DNA of 44,108 nucleotides from a virus (Duplodnaviria; Heunggongvirae; Uroviricota; Caudoviricetes): IMG/VR virus record IMGVR_UViG_2529292919_000018; one strand, 5' to 3'. Shown piece by piece: positions 8,399 to 16,805 of this stretch (position 1 is its first letter; each line of letters starts with the position of its first letter). The notes under the pieces were generated by a model. It saw only the letters and a program-made list of their open reading frames with translations, ran no database searches and was not told where the DNA came from. The position numbers and the translations under genes were made by a program.

Positions 8399-8673
8399 AT
8401 GGAGACTGTTTTTGACGCACTGAAAGCAATGGGAAAAGCCACATCCATAGAACTTGCTGCGCGCGTGAAGAAGTGCTGAACGAACTATGGGAACTGAAAA
8501 AGGCTGGTTTTGTTGATAAAAGCGCGTACACCTGGCGTGTGGCTGATAACAACGTTCAGCAGGAACAGCCAGCGCAGGCAGAACTGCCGGAAGAAACCAC
8601 CACAATGAGTGAAGTTATGCAGCGCATACTGGCATTTTATCAGGGAAATGTTCGATATTTTAGACGTTACTAG
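8399..8673 (+). pseudogene. Small winged-helix-like gene apparently split by a frameshift near 8470
   Basis: ATG 8399 gives [30 protein letters not shown]; an adjacent frame continues [28 protein letters not shown]... (track ORF 8473..8673). Together they read as one about 90-aa protein. Confidence 0.3.
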
Positions 8674-9039
8674 ATTAAAGAGCATTAGTTCAGATGTGAA
8701 TTGACATTGTGTGGCACAGGGTTGGGCTAGCGTGGGGGTTTGCTTTGTGTAAGAAACGGATGCTCTGCAAATTACTACTAATGCTTAATGTTAGTCTGAT
8801 CTGCTCCCCGATGATTAATACACCGCTATGTTAGTAATGTCTGTAGATCGCTGTGTGTTGCATCCATCGGTTGACCCCACAGTCCAAACCAGACTGTCAG
8901 CTTTGATTCGATTCTATCTACTCAACCTGTCAGGTAATGTCTGAGCTAATACACAGAGTACGGCTATCGCGAACTTTAAGCTAGGTATCTGATACGCACC
9001 GTTCACTTGGTCGTACTTCTTGCACTGACTAGCTATCGT

Positions 9040-9112
9040 GCGCAGTTATTTATAGGTAATCTCCAGTGTATAATTTTCCAACTTATGGGAGATTGTAAAA
9101 CAGGAGGAATAT
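9040..9112 (+). promoter_or_regulatory. Putative promoter (-10 TATAAT at 9069-9074) and strong RBS (AGGAGG 9102-9107) for the 280-aa gene
   Basis: Consensus -10 hexamer and consensus SD 5-6 nt before ATG 9113; -35 weak/uncertain. Confidence 0.4.
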
Positions 9113-9955
9113 ATGAGGAAAAAATCGTTTGGACGTTGCCCGTTTGATTTCGACGAAGATGTAAAAAAAATAGCCGCGATAAATAAATATATCCATGCGA
9201 AATTTGAGAGGCATAAAAATAAAATAGATAACCTAAAGGGGGTGGAACAAAAATTGATGGTTTTACATTACTTTAATGTACTGAATGAACTTAGTAATCA
9301 GGCTATATTTTCTTTGAGTACCGGAGCCTTTTCAGCATCGGAAGTATTAACTAGAGTTATAATGGAACAGGCTGCCAATCAATTTTATATAGCAATTGAT
9401 GATGGAAAAAATGCACAAGCATTACTCAAGGGTAGTAAGAAATTAGTTCATAGTAATGGGAAACGGTGGCTGGAGTGTTTAAAATCCAAAGAAATGACTA
9501 ATCCAGCAGCAGATGAAAGGATTCGTATCGGAAAAGAGCTAACTGATATGTTTAATAGATTGTGGCCAAATACACCTGAATATCCTGGAACCAAAAAGCT
9601 TTTCGAAGTAATTGGCTGGGAAACACACTATCATGCCTATTACGTCCCTCTTTGTGATTCAATACATACATTCTCTGATGATATGGCAAATATAGTATCT
9701 CTATATAATGCAATCCAAAGCGATAAAACTACTGCTATCGAACTCACTCTTGCAGTTAAACAAGAAAATAAACGGCTGGCAATTTATAATGTCGTAATTG
9801 CTATTGGCCTGCGGTGTGAGGCCTTAGTAAATGTATTTAACTCTTTAGGTTATCGAGATATTATAACTGAAATGGCGCCAACAATAGATGCAGTCAACCA
9901 GATTATAATTCGATATGATGATTTCGAACATTCCAGAATTTTTTATTGTCAATAA
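9113..9955 (+). CDS. Hypothetical 280-aa protein, no recognised family; candidate accessory/defence cargo
   Basis: AT-rich ORF with strong RBS; C-terminal RYDDFEH fits an R-x5-H pattern (weak HEPN-like hint only); lies in low-GC island next to ATPase-HNH pair. Confidence 0.65.
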   Translation: MRKKSFGRCPFDFDEDVKKIAAINKYIHAKFERHKNKIDNLKGVEQKLMVLHYFNVLNELSNQAIFSLSTGAFSASEVLTRVIMEQAANQFYIAIDDGKNAQALLKGSKKLVHSNGKRWLECLKSKEMTNPAADERIRIGKELTDMFNRLWPNTPEYPGTKKLFEVIGWETHYHAYYVPLCDSIHTFSDDMANIVSLYNAIQSDKTTAIELTLAVKQENKRLAIYNVVIAIGLRCEALVNVFNSLGYRDIITEMAPTIDAVNQIIIRYDDFEHSRIFYCQ

Positions 9956-10099
9956 TTAATTGGCAGAATTCGTACATGCACAACAACTAGTTATAGTTGA
10001 CCTATTTCGCTCTTGAGAGACAACCATACTCAAATCTTCCACATTGCAGGAGATTTGAGTATGAATACGTCACCGAGGAACAAAGACAGTATCATAGGC

Positions 10100-10581
10100 C
10101 CAAAAAGACCACTTCAGATATCTCATATCTGGGGGCTCCAAATCCGGCTTGAACTGGAAGGTAAAACGCGTGATTTAGCTCGGTTTCAAGCAGAGCTACG
10201 GTGCTGCAACTGAAAAACTGGCAGTCCTATCCAATTTGAGATAACCAAAGGGACAAGAGAAGCTGTTTCTGCATTGATAAAGCTTGGCAATTTACGCAGT
10301 AAAGACTACTTGTTCCGATCTCGGGTCGGTACTAACCAACACATATCAATCCTGCAATATAACCGAATCTTTCATAGGGGGGAGAAAAGCTTGGTCTCGA
10401 AGATTCGCTTTACAGCACACATTCCATGAGAAGAACAAAACCTTGCCTTGTCTGCAAGAAAACTAAGAATCTCCGGGTGATCCAACTTCCGTTGGGCCAT
10501 AAGAAAACGGAAAGCACAGTTCGTTATCTGGGTATAGAAGTTGATGATGCATTAGAGATCTCTGAATCGATCGAAGTCTAA
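10100..10581 (+). pseudogene. Degenerate tyrosine recombinase (integrase) 3' fragment with in-frame stop and frameshift
   Basis: Frames concatenate to ...KTGSPIQFEITKGTREAVSALIKLGNLRSKDYLFRSRVGTNQH.../...LYSTHSMRRTKPCLVCKKTKNLRVIQLPLGHKKTESTVRYLGIEV-stop: HxxR box, LRVIQ, LGH and catalytic Y in canonical spacing, broken by TGA near 10211 and frame change near 10375-10400. Confidence 0.6.
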
Positions 10582-10993
10582 AGCTGTCAGGGCTGCAGCA
10601 GCAGCCCTGTGCCAAGAGCGTACCAATATATGTCTCAAAAAATTGGGCACAGGTCAATATCAATACCAACAACTCTGATTGTGCTCATGTGATTTACTCC
10701 TGTAGAAAACGCAGACAGTAAAAATATTTCACTGGCTGCTTCAGACAGGGCGTCCATCATATCATTACATAACAATAGCGGGGCACGATATCTAGACATG
10801 CAGCAACGATGGACATAGAATGAGTACAATCAAAAGCATGTTTAACTACTTTAATTTAAAAATCTTAGAATCTTAGGTGTAGAGTTCAATACTTAGTTAC
10901 ATACCCTTTTGAAAGCATCACAAATCATAACTATGAGCCTGTTAAAGGCATAGGTATTCTTAATTAAGAGCATTTTAATGAGAGAAAAATAAA

Positions 10994-12367
10994 ATGAAAA
11001 GACTATATTATACCCATCATGATAGTCGAACCTTAAAACTTGCTATAGAAGGTGATGTTTCTGATAATGCGAATACTTTTACAGTAATTGTAGGTAAAAA
11101 TGGCGTTGGAAAAAGCAGATTGTTATCTCAGATTGCTAAAGACTGTATTCAAGATATTCATTTCTTGAAAACTTTTAATCCATTATTTGACAGAGAAATA
11201 ACACCAAAGTTAATTGCCGTATCTACCAGCCCATTCGATAAATTCCCTCCAGGGCGTAGGTCATTAAATCACCAAAGGAAAGAAAATAATTATCGCTATG
11301 TGGGTATGCGTGGAGAAGGCCCCTTCGGCGTATCAAATGCCGTATCCCTTTTATCTTCAGCAGCGAGAGGTTGGCTAGAGAAACTTGCTTATTCAGAAAA
11401 TCCTGCAAATTTACTCGATGTTTTTCATTCTATTGATTTTGAGCCCCATATAGAGTTTGTATTTAAACCAACTTACAACGGACCGGACACTCCTGACTAT
11501 AACTTCATTGGTGTATATTCAGATGAGATATTAACGGAAGTTAAGGAGTTATATTTAAAATACAATATAAAAATTGACAGGAAGAATATTGAGAGTCTCT
11601 TAAAGTTAAACTCCGAATCACGTCATGATATTTACGAAGCACTGGTTGAAATTAATCGATTTGAACCTGAACGTAGGGCTGTAACCTTGTCAGTCGATTT
11701 TACCAATGGTGAAACATTGGTTGGCTCGACTTATGCGAATAATTATTTTTCTAGATCAATTCTTAAACTTATGAACGCTGGCTTCATGAGATTGATGGAT
11801 ATGCGACTCATAAAAAAAAGCTATGGTCCCATGTCACTTAAACGTGCGAGCTCGGGAGAACAATGTTTATTAGTGATGTTGCTTGGAATTGCAGGGCATA
11901 TAACTGATGGTTCTATAATACTAATTGATGAACCGGAAATAAGCTTGCATCCTCGATGGCAGGAAGAGTTTATCATTATGTTAACAAAAGCATTTTTAAC
12001 TTACTCAGGTTGTCAATTCATAATTGCAACTCATTCACCACAAATAATATCCAATTTGCCGAATAAAGGTTGTTATATAACATCTTTGTCGAAAAGTTAT
12101 CTTTATAAAGCAAAATACTTTAGCAACCGGTCTGCAGACTATCAACTTGCGGAACTATTTGATGCCCCTGGCATTATGAATGAATACATTGCCAGATTAG
12201 CTTTCAATTTACTTTCAAAAGTTAAGACTGCTAAGTTAGTAACAGATGATAATTGGCGTGAATTAAAACAACTCCAGCTTCTCCTTGAAAACGTTAATAG
12301 TAATGACCCTATTAATGAACTCGTAAATTCCGTATCTCAGGTGTGTGAAATTTATGCCAAAAATTAA
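10994..12367 (+). CDS. ABC-type (AAA_15/21-like) ATPase, PtuA-like (Septu-like defence ATPase)
   Basis: 457 aa; Walker A VIVGKNGVGKS, signature-like LKRASSGEQ, Walker B/D-loop IILIDEPEISLHP, H-loop IIATHSPQI; AT-rich; 3' end overlaps downstream HNH gene. Confidence 0.8.
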   Translation: MKRLYYTHHDSRTLKLAIEGDVSDNANTFTVIVGKNGVGKSRLLSQIAKDCIQDIHFLKTFNPLFDREITPKLIAVSTSPFDKFPPGRRSLNHQRKENNYRYVGMRGEGPFGVSNAVSLLSSAARGWLEKLAYSENPANLLDVFHSIDFEPHIEFVFKPTYNGPDTPDYNFIGVYSDEILTEVKELYLKYNIKIDRKNIESLLKLNSESRHDIYEALVEINRFEPERRAVTLSVDFTNGETLVGSTYANNYFSRSILKLMNAGFMRLMDMRLIKKSYGPMSLKRASSGEQCLLVMLLGIAGHITDGSIILIDEPEISLHPRWQEEFIIMLTKAFLTYSGCQFIIATHSPQIISNLPNKGCYITSLSKSYLYKAKYFSNRSADYQLAELFDAPGIMNEYIARLAFNLLSKVKTAKLVTDDNWRELKQLQLLLENVNSNDPINELVNSVSQVCEIYAKN

Positions 12368-12989
12368 AAATCCAATTAGATTCAGCGCAGAGTCATTAGA
12401 TATTATTGAGAAAAAATTGTCTTCTCCAGATTTTAAGCATACCAACTGGGGAGATGATGATTTGCAAGTTCTCCGTGCAGAAATTAGAAATCATTACAGA
12501 GAAGAACAAAAGCTAGAATGTGTATATTGTCATGAGCCTATTGGGGTAAGAGCTGCACAAGCTGCTCCTATAGAGCATATTGTGCCAAAATCTCAATATC
12601 TATGTTTTATTTTTGAACCTAAGAATCTATGTGTAGTATGTCCTGACTGCAATGAATTCAAAGGTAAAAATGAAGTGTTATTTGAACCCGTAATAAATGG
12701 GGGGCGGCGCAAAAACTATCCAACTGCATCTGCATCATTTCGCATCGTTCATCCACATATAGATGATTATGAGATGCATATTATAAAAGCAAATCGTGTT
12801 TATGTGGACAAAACACCTAAAGGGCACTATACCATTGGAATATGTAAACTAAATAGATTTTTTCATTATTTTGGGATGTGTGATGAATTTGTTAATGATG
12901 CAAAAATTGCTGAGGCAAATGAAAATTTTTTCAAAAAAGGTAGTATTACTACTAATGAATTATTGGATGATGACATTCATTTGATTTAA
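12345..12989 (+). CDS. HNH endonuclease, PtuB-like (Septu-like partner nuclease)
   Basis: About 211-214 aa (GTG 12345 or ATG 12354); CVYCHEP...IEHIVPKS...CVVCPDCNEFKGKN = CxxC...H...CxxC HNH zinc-finger nuclease motif; overlaps ATPase stop. Confidence 0.8.
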   Translation: MKFMPKIKNPIRFSAESLDIIEKKLSSPDFKHTNWGDDDLQVLRAEIRNHYREEQKLECVYCHEPIGVRAAQAAPIEHIVPKSQYLCFIFEPKNLCVVCPDCNEFKGKNEVLFEPVINGGRRKNYPTASASFRIVHPHIDDYEMHIIKANRVYVDKTPKGHYTIGICKLNRFFHYFGMCDEFVNDAKIAEANENFFKKGSITTNELLDDDIHLI

Positions 12990-13243
12990 CTATGAATTAT
13001 TATATTGTAAAGTAATCAGGTAAGATATGTTAGACAGTGAGACTATTGCCTTACAGAATTCATTATTCTTATGGATCGCCTTTCTGACTGATTTCATATT
13101 GGCGGGGTAACGGGAGTTAAGTAGAATGGCTGCGGGTGCTTGAGGCTATCTGTCTCAGGCATGAACACCAAAGGCAGATAGAGAAAAGCCCCAGTTAACA
13201 TTACGCGTCCTGCAAGACGCTTAACATTAATCTGAGGCCAATT

Positions 13244-14056
13244 TCATGCTAGACACATGTAGGTTAGCCTCTTACGTGCCGGAAGGCAAGGAGATGTATG
13301 GGTCCACCACATATTGCAATTTTTATTCTCTTTTAAAATATATTCCACGGGCGTCATTAGTGCGAGCGCCTTGTGGGGTCTTTTGCTGTTATACAGCACC
13401 AGATATTCCGCCAGCTTCTGGTTAAATAGCGCCAGATCTTCAAAGAGTAAAATCTCATTAAATTCAATAAACTGCTCTCTTAACGTCCGGTTAAAACGTT
13501 CACAGATAGCGTTCATTTTTGGCGTGTAGGGATAGGTCCAGAGGTGTTTGATAGCGGCTTCCTGCAGCGTTTTGTCGAAGTTTCCCAGGAACTCTTTTCC
13601 GTTATCTGTGATTATCTGGCTGATACCGACCGGGAACAACCGGGCTGCGCGGCTGAAGAAGTGATTGACGATATCACTGTTGAGTGACGGCACAGCCAGC
13701 GCCAGCGCGTAATTGCTGCATTCGTCGATCATGGTGATGACATAGCGACGCAGTTCGCCCATTCTGAGCTCAATGGCGTCCATCCCAATGAGCTCACCTG
13801 TCTTTACCGGGCGGTAGTGCTTTGGCCTGCGGGGTTTGGCAGACCGCTTTTTGACAAGCAGTGCCTTCCCCCGCGATCCCAGACGCACAGGTATCATCCG
13901 CATTTTATCATGTGCGGCAGCGATCATTCTGCCGATGGTGGAAACACTCGGACAGGCCAGATAGCGCTGTTCGCACCAGGGCTTCAGGCGAACAAAAATC
14001 TGCTCTTTACCGAGGTTCGGCAGCTCTGTCCTGAGGCGTCGAATCTCTTTCAGCAC
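13244..14056 (-). CDS. IS transposase OrfB (DDE integrase-core domain)
   Basis: 270 aa with D...D...E-type rve core motifs; probably expressed as OrfAB fusion by -1 frameshift. Confidence 0.7.
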   Translation of the reverse strand: MLKEIRRLRTELPNLGKEQIFVRLKPWCEQRYLACPSVSTIGRMIAAAHDKMRMIPVRLGSRGKALLVKKRSAKPRRPKHYRPVKTGELIGMDAIELRMGELRRYVITMIDECSNYALALAVPSLNSDIVNHFFSRAARLFPVGISQIITDNGKEFLGNFDKTLQEAAIKHLWTYPYTPKMNAICERFNRTLREQFIEFNEILLFEDLALFNQKLAEYLVLYNSKRPHKALALMTPVEYILKENKNCNMWWTHTSPCLPARKRLTYMCLA

Positions 14057-14331
14057 ATCGGGATGCCAGTGTTTTTTCGTCGCACCAGAGGTGCCTTACT
14101 GTGCGGGATTAGCCCCTCAGGTCCTTCCTTGTTCAGTAACTGACGCCACCAGTAAAGCGTGCGGCAGGACACGCCAAAGGCTTCAGAAGCTGCAGAAATA
14201 CCGTGTTTATCCCAGAAGTGCAGAGCCTTCATTCTCATTGTTGCTATATCAGCCATCACTGAAAGCCTCAACGCATAATCGGCCGTTTGGTAGTACTTAG
14301 GATAGCCAACCATCAGATGCTGCATTTGCAT
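14050..14331 (-). CDS. IS transposase OrfA (HTH)
   Basis: 93 aa with helix-turn-helix segment; upstream and -1 relative to OrfB. Confidence 0.65.
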   Translation of the reverse strand: MQMQHLMVGYPKYYQTADYALRLSVMADIATMRMKALHFWDKHGISAASEAFGVSCRTLYWWRQLLNKEGPEGLIPHSKAPLVRRKNTGIPMC

Positions 14332-14402
14332 AGTGCAATCTCCCCTTACTTATCCGGAGGCAATTGCAATATCTCTGTGAACTTACACAGGAGAAGCAGG
14401 CT

Positions 14403-14558
14403 ATGAAGCAGCAAAAGGCGATGTTAATCGCCCTGATCGTCATCTGTTTAACCGTCATAGTGACGACACTGGTAACGAGGAAAGACCTCTGCGAGGTACG
14501 AATCCGAACCGGCCAGACGGAGGCCGCTGTCTTCACAGCTTACGAACCTGAGGAGTAA
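14403..14558 (+). CDS. hokD: Hok/Gef-family membrane toxin (HokD/RelF-like)
   Basis: 51 aa MKQQKAMLIALIVICLTVIVTTLVTRKDLCEVRIRTGQTEAAVFTAYEPEE: single TM helix plus the conserved LVTRKDLCEVRIR / AVFTAYE Hok signature; AGGAGAAG RBS. Confidence 0.85.
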   Translation: MKQQKAMLIALIVICLTVIVTTLVTRKDLCEVRIRTGQTEAAVFTAYEPEE

Positions 14559-14626
14559 GAGACCCGGCGAGGGAGAAATCCCTCGCCACCTCTGATGTGG
14601 CAGGCATCCTCAACGCACCCGCACTT

Positions 14627-14655
14627 AACCCGCTTCGGCGGGTTTTTGTTTTTAT
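14627..14655 (+). terminator. Rho-independent terminator after hok
   Basis: AACCCGC-TTCG-GCGGGTT stem-loop followed by TTTTTGTTTTTATTTT. Confidence 0.55.
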
Positions 14656-14774
14656 TTTCAACGCGTTTGAAGTTCTGGACGGCGCCGGAATAGAATCAAA
14701 AATACTTAAGTAGCGCGCAGGGATAAGAGGGATGGTCCCTTAAAGGGGAGAGCTAATTATCCGGAAGGATTCTG

Positions 14775-15026
14775 ATGATGAACATCGAAGAACTGCGTAA
14801 AATTTTTTGTGAAGATGGCCTCTATGCTGTGTGCGTTGAAAATGGAAATCTTGTTAGTCATTACCGCATTATGTGTTTGCGAAAGAATGGGGCTGCGTTA
14901 ATTAATTTTGTGGATGGTCGAGTGACAGACGGATTTATCTTGCGCGAAGGTGAGTTTGTCACTTCATTACAGGCACTGAAAGAGATCGGAATAAAAGCAG
15001 GCTTTTCAGCTTTTGCAGAAGAATAA
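14775..15026 (+). CDS. rem: Small protein, Rem-like (83 aa)
   Basis: 83-aa ORF between hok and DUF968 gene, the position of rem in K-12 Qin; size match is from recollection, no motif. Confidence 0.4.
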   Translation: MMNIEELRKIFCEDGLYAVCVENGNLVSHYRIMCLRKNGAALINFVDGRVTDGFILREGEFVTSLQALKEIGIKAGFSAFAEE

Positions 15027-15092
15027 ACTCATCTACAATCTTGCGCGGGGCTGAACTCCCGCTGAGTAACACCGTGCCACCGGAGAAAACCG

Positions 15093-15371
15093 ATGGCACG
15101 CAACGTAAAATATTACAATTCTGATAATTCGCCCGTTCTTGCCTGCACGCACGAGCGGTATTCTCACGCATTCAAGTCTGAATGGTTCCAACACCCTCCA
15201 TGTACTGAAGAGCAGGCTGAATGGACAATTCAGTGTTACCGCAGGCGCGGATACGAGGTTAAGAAAGCCCTCAGCCTCGATTATCGTCACTGGATAATCT
15301 ATGTCAGGCTCCCTTATTCCGAACGCTCACCGCGCCCATCCCGCACATACCAGCAACGGATCTGGAGGTAA
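15093..15371 (+). CDS. Hypothetical small protein (may be a separate gene or N-terminal part of the DUF968 gene)
   Basis: 92-aa ORF overlapping the 5' region of the 15301 ORF in another frame; gene boundary unresolved. Confidence 0.3.
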   Translation: MARNVKYYNSDNSPVLACTHERYSHAFKSEWFQHPPCTEEQAEWTIQCYRRRGYEVKKALSLDYRHWIIYVRLPYSERSPRPSRTYQQRIWR

Positions 15372-16431
15372 CGTGCGGATATTACTTCGACCTGTTCTGG
15401 TACCGGAACTTGGGCTGGTGGTCCTTAGGCCGGGCCGTGAATCCATGCAAGTATTTCATAACCCTCGAGTGCTGGTGGAGCCTGAACCGAAAAGCATGCG
15501 CGGTCTGCCGTCCGGAGTCGTCCCTGCCGTTCGCCAGCCGCTGGCGGAGGATAAATCATTACTGCCATTTTTCAGCGATGAGCGGGTGATTCGTGCTGCT
15601 GGCGGCGCTGGGGCACTGTCTGACTGGCTGTTGCGTCATGTCAAATCCTGCCAGTGGCCTCATGGTGACTATCATCACAGTGAAATCGTCATACATCGTT
15701 ACGGTACCGGCGCGATGGTGTTGTGCTGGCACTGCGACAACCAGTTGCGTGACCAGACATCCGAATCACTCGGGCAACTTGCTCATCAAAACCTGTCAGC
15801 ATGGATGATTGACGTCATACGCCATGCAGTGAATGGCACGCAGGAGCGGGAATTATCGCTGGCTGAATTGTGCTGCTGGGCTTCTGTAAATGATGTAGTG
15901 GATGCCATGACCGAAAATATGGCGCGTCGAATCCTGAAGCTTCCGGGTGAAAAAATCCGCTCAGTATACCGCGAGAGCGACATCGTACCGGGAGAGCAGA
16001 CCGCCATCAGCATACTGAAGCAGCGCACAAAAAATATTGCGCCGTTGCCTCACGCCCACCAGCAACAGAATCCACCACAGGAAAAGACGGTGGTCAGCAT
16101 TGCCGTTGATCCGGAGTCACCGGCTCAGTATCTCCAGCGCCAGAAACCACAACGGGAAGAGATGCCTGTATACACGCGCTGGGTAAAAACGCAGAAATGC
16201 ATGACGTGTGGCAATCAGGCAGATGATCCGCATCACATCATTGGTCATGGACTGGGAGGGATGGGAACAAAGGCTGATGATTTGTTTGTTATTCCGCTGT
16301 GCCGTAAATGCCATAGCGAACTACACGCCGGGGTAAAAGATTTTGAAGAAAAACACGGCAGCCAGCTGTTGTTGCTGATTCGTTTTTTAATGCACGCGAG
16401 AAATTCGGGTGTCCTGAAGTGGAAAGCATGA
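15301..16431 (+). CDS. DUF968-like protein (YdfU-like) with C-terminal Cys/His HNH-like motif
   Basis: C-terminus CMTCGNQADDPHHIIGHGLGG...VIPLCRKCHSELH; located immediately upstream of rusA and Q-like gene as ydfU is in Qin. True start uncertain. Confidence 0.65.
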   Translation: MSGSLIPNAHRAHPAHTSNGSGGNVRILLRPVLVPELGLVVLRPGRESMQVFHNPRVLVEPEPKSMRGLPSGVVPAVRQPLAEDKSLLPFFSDERVIRAAGGAGALSDWLLRHVKSCQWPHGDYHHSEIVIHRYGTGAMVLCWHCDNQLRDQTSESLGQLAHQNLSAWMIDVIRHAVNGTQERELSLAELCCWASVNDVVDAMTENMARRILKLPGEKIRSVYRESDIVPGEQTAISILKQRTKNIAPLPHAHQQQNPPQEKTVVSIAVDPESPAQYLQRQKPQREEMPVYTRWVKTQKCMTCGNQADDPHHIIGHGLGGMGTKADDLFVIPLCRKCHSELHAGVKDFEEKHGSQLLLLIRFLMHARNSGVLKWKA

Positions 16432-16797
16432 ATGACTGAACGCATAGAATTTGTTTTGCCTTACCCGCCAACGGTGAACACTTACTGGCGACGTCGTGGC
16501 AGCACATATTTTGTATCAAAAGCCGGTGAGCGTTATCGCCGTGATGTGGCGCTTATTGTTCGCCAGCAGCGGCTGAAATTAAACCTGTCCGGAAGGCTGG
16601 CGATAAAGATTATTGCAGAGCCACCGGATAAACGTCGTCGTGACCTGGACAATATCCTGAAAGCACCACTGGATGCGCTGACGCATGCCGGACTTCTCAT
16701 AGACGACGAGCAGTTTGATGAAATCAATATTGTGCGCGGTCAGCGCGTTCCTGGGGGGCGGCTGGGCGTGAAGATTTACAAAATTGAGAGTGAGTGA
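16432..16797 (+). CDS. rusA: Holliday-junction resolvase RusA
   Basis: 121 aa; PYPPTVNTYWRRRG...PDKRRRDLDNILKAPLDALTHAGLLIDDEQ...GGRLGVKIYKIE aligns by eye with E. coli RusA. Confidence 0.9.
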   Translation: MTERIEFVLPYPPTVNTYWRRRGSTYFVSKAGERYRRDVALIVRQQRLKLNLSGRLAIKIIAEPPDKRRRDLDNILKAPLDALTHAGLLIDDEQFDEINIVRGQRVPGGRLGVKIYKIESE

Positions 16798-16805
16798 TCG
16801 TAAAT

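Larger units (their letters stand above)
13244..14331 (-). mobile_element. Insertion sequence (IS3/IS481-superfamily DDE transposase, two frames); ends not resolved
   Basis: OrfA-like 14050..14331 (HTH: ISAASEAFGVSCRTLYWWRQ) and OrfB-like 13244..14056 (rve/DDE core: MIDECSNY...ITDNGKEF...YNSKRPHKAL) in -1 relation; A_AAA_AAC heptamer at the overlap (about 14064-14070). Confidence 0.7.

Noticed and set aside
8690-12989. Retron (non-coding RNA plus reverse transcriptase) as the identity of the island
   Set aside because: A long non-coding leader next to a PtuAB-like pair recalls retron-Septu systems, but no ORF in the island shows reverse-transcriptase motifs (no YxDD box), so this is not supported.
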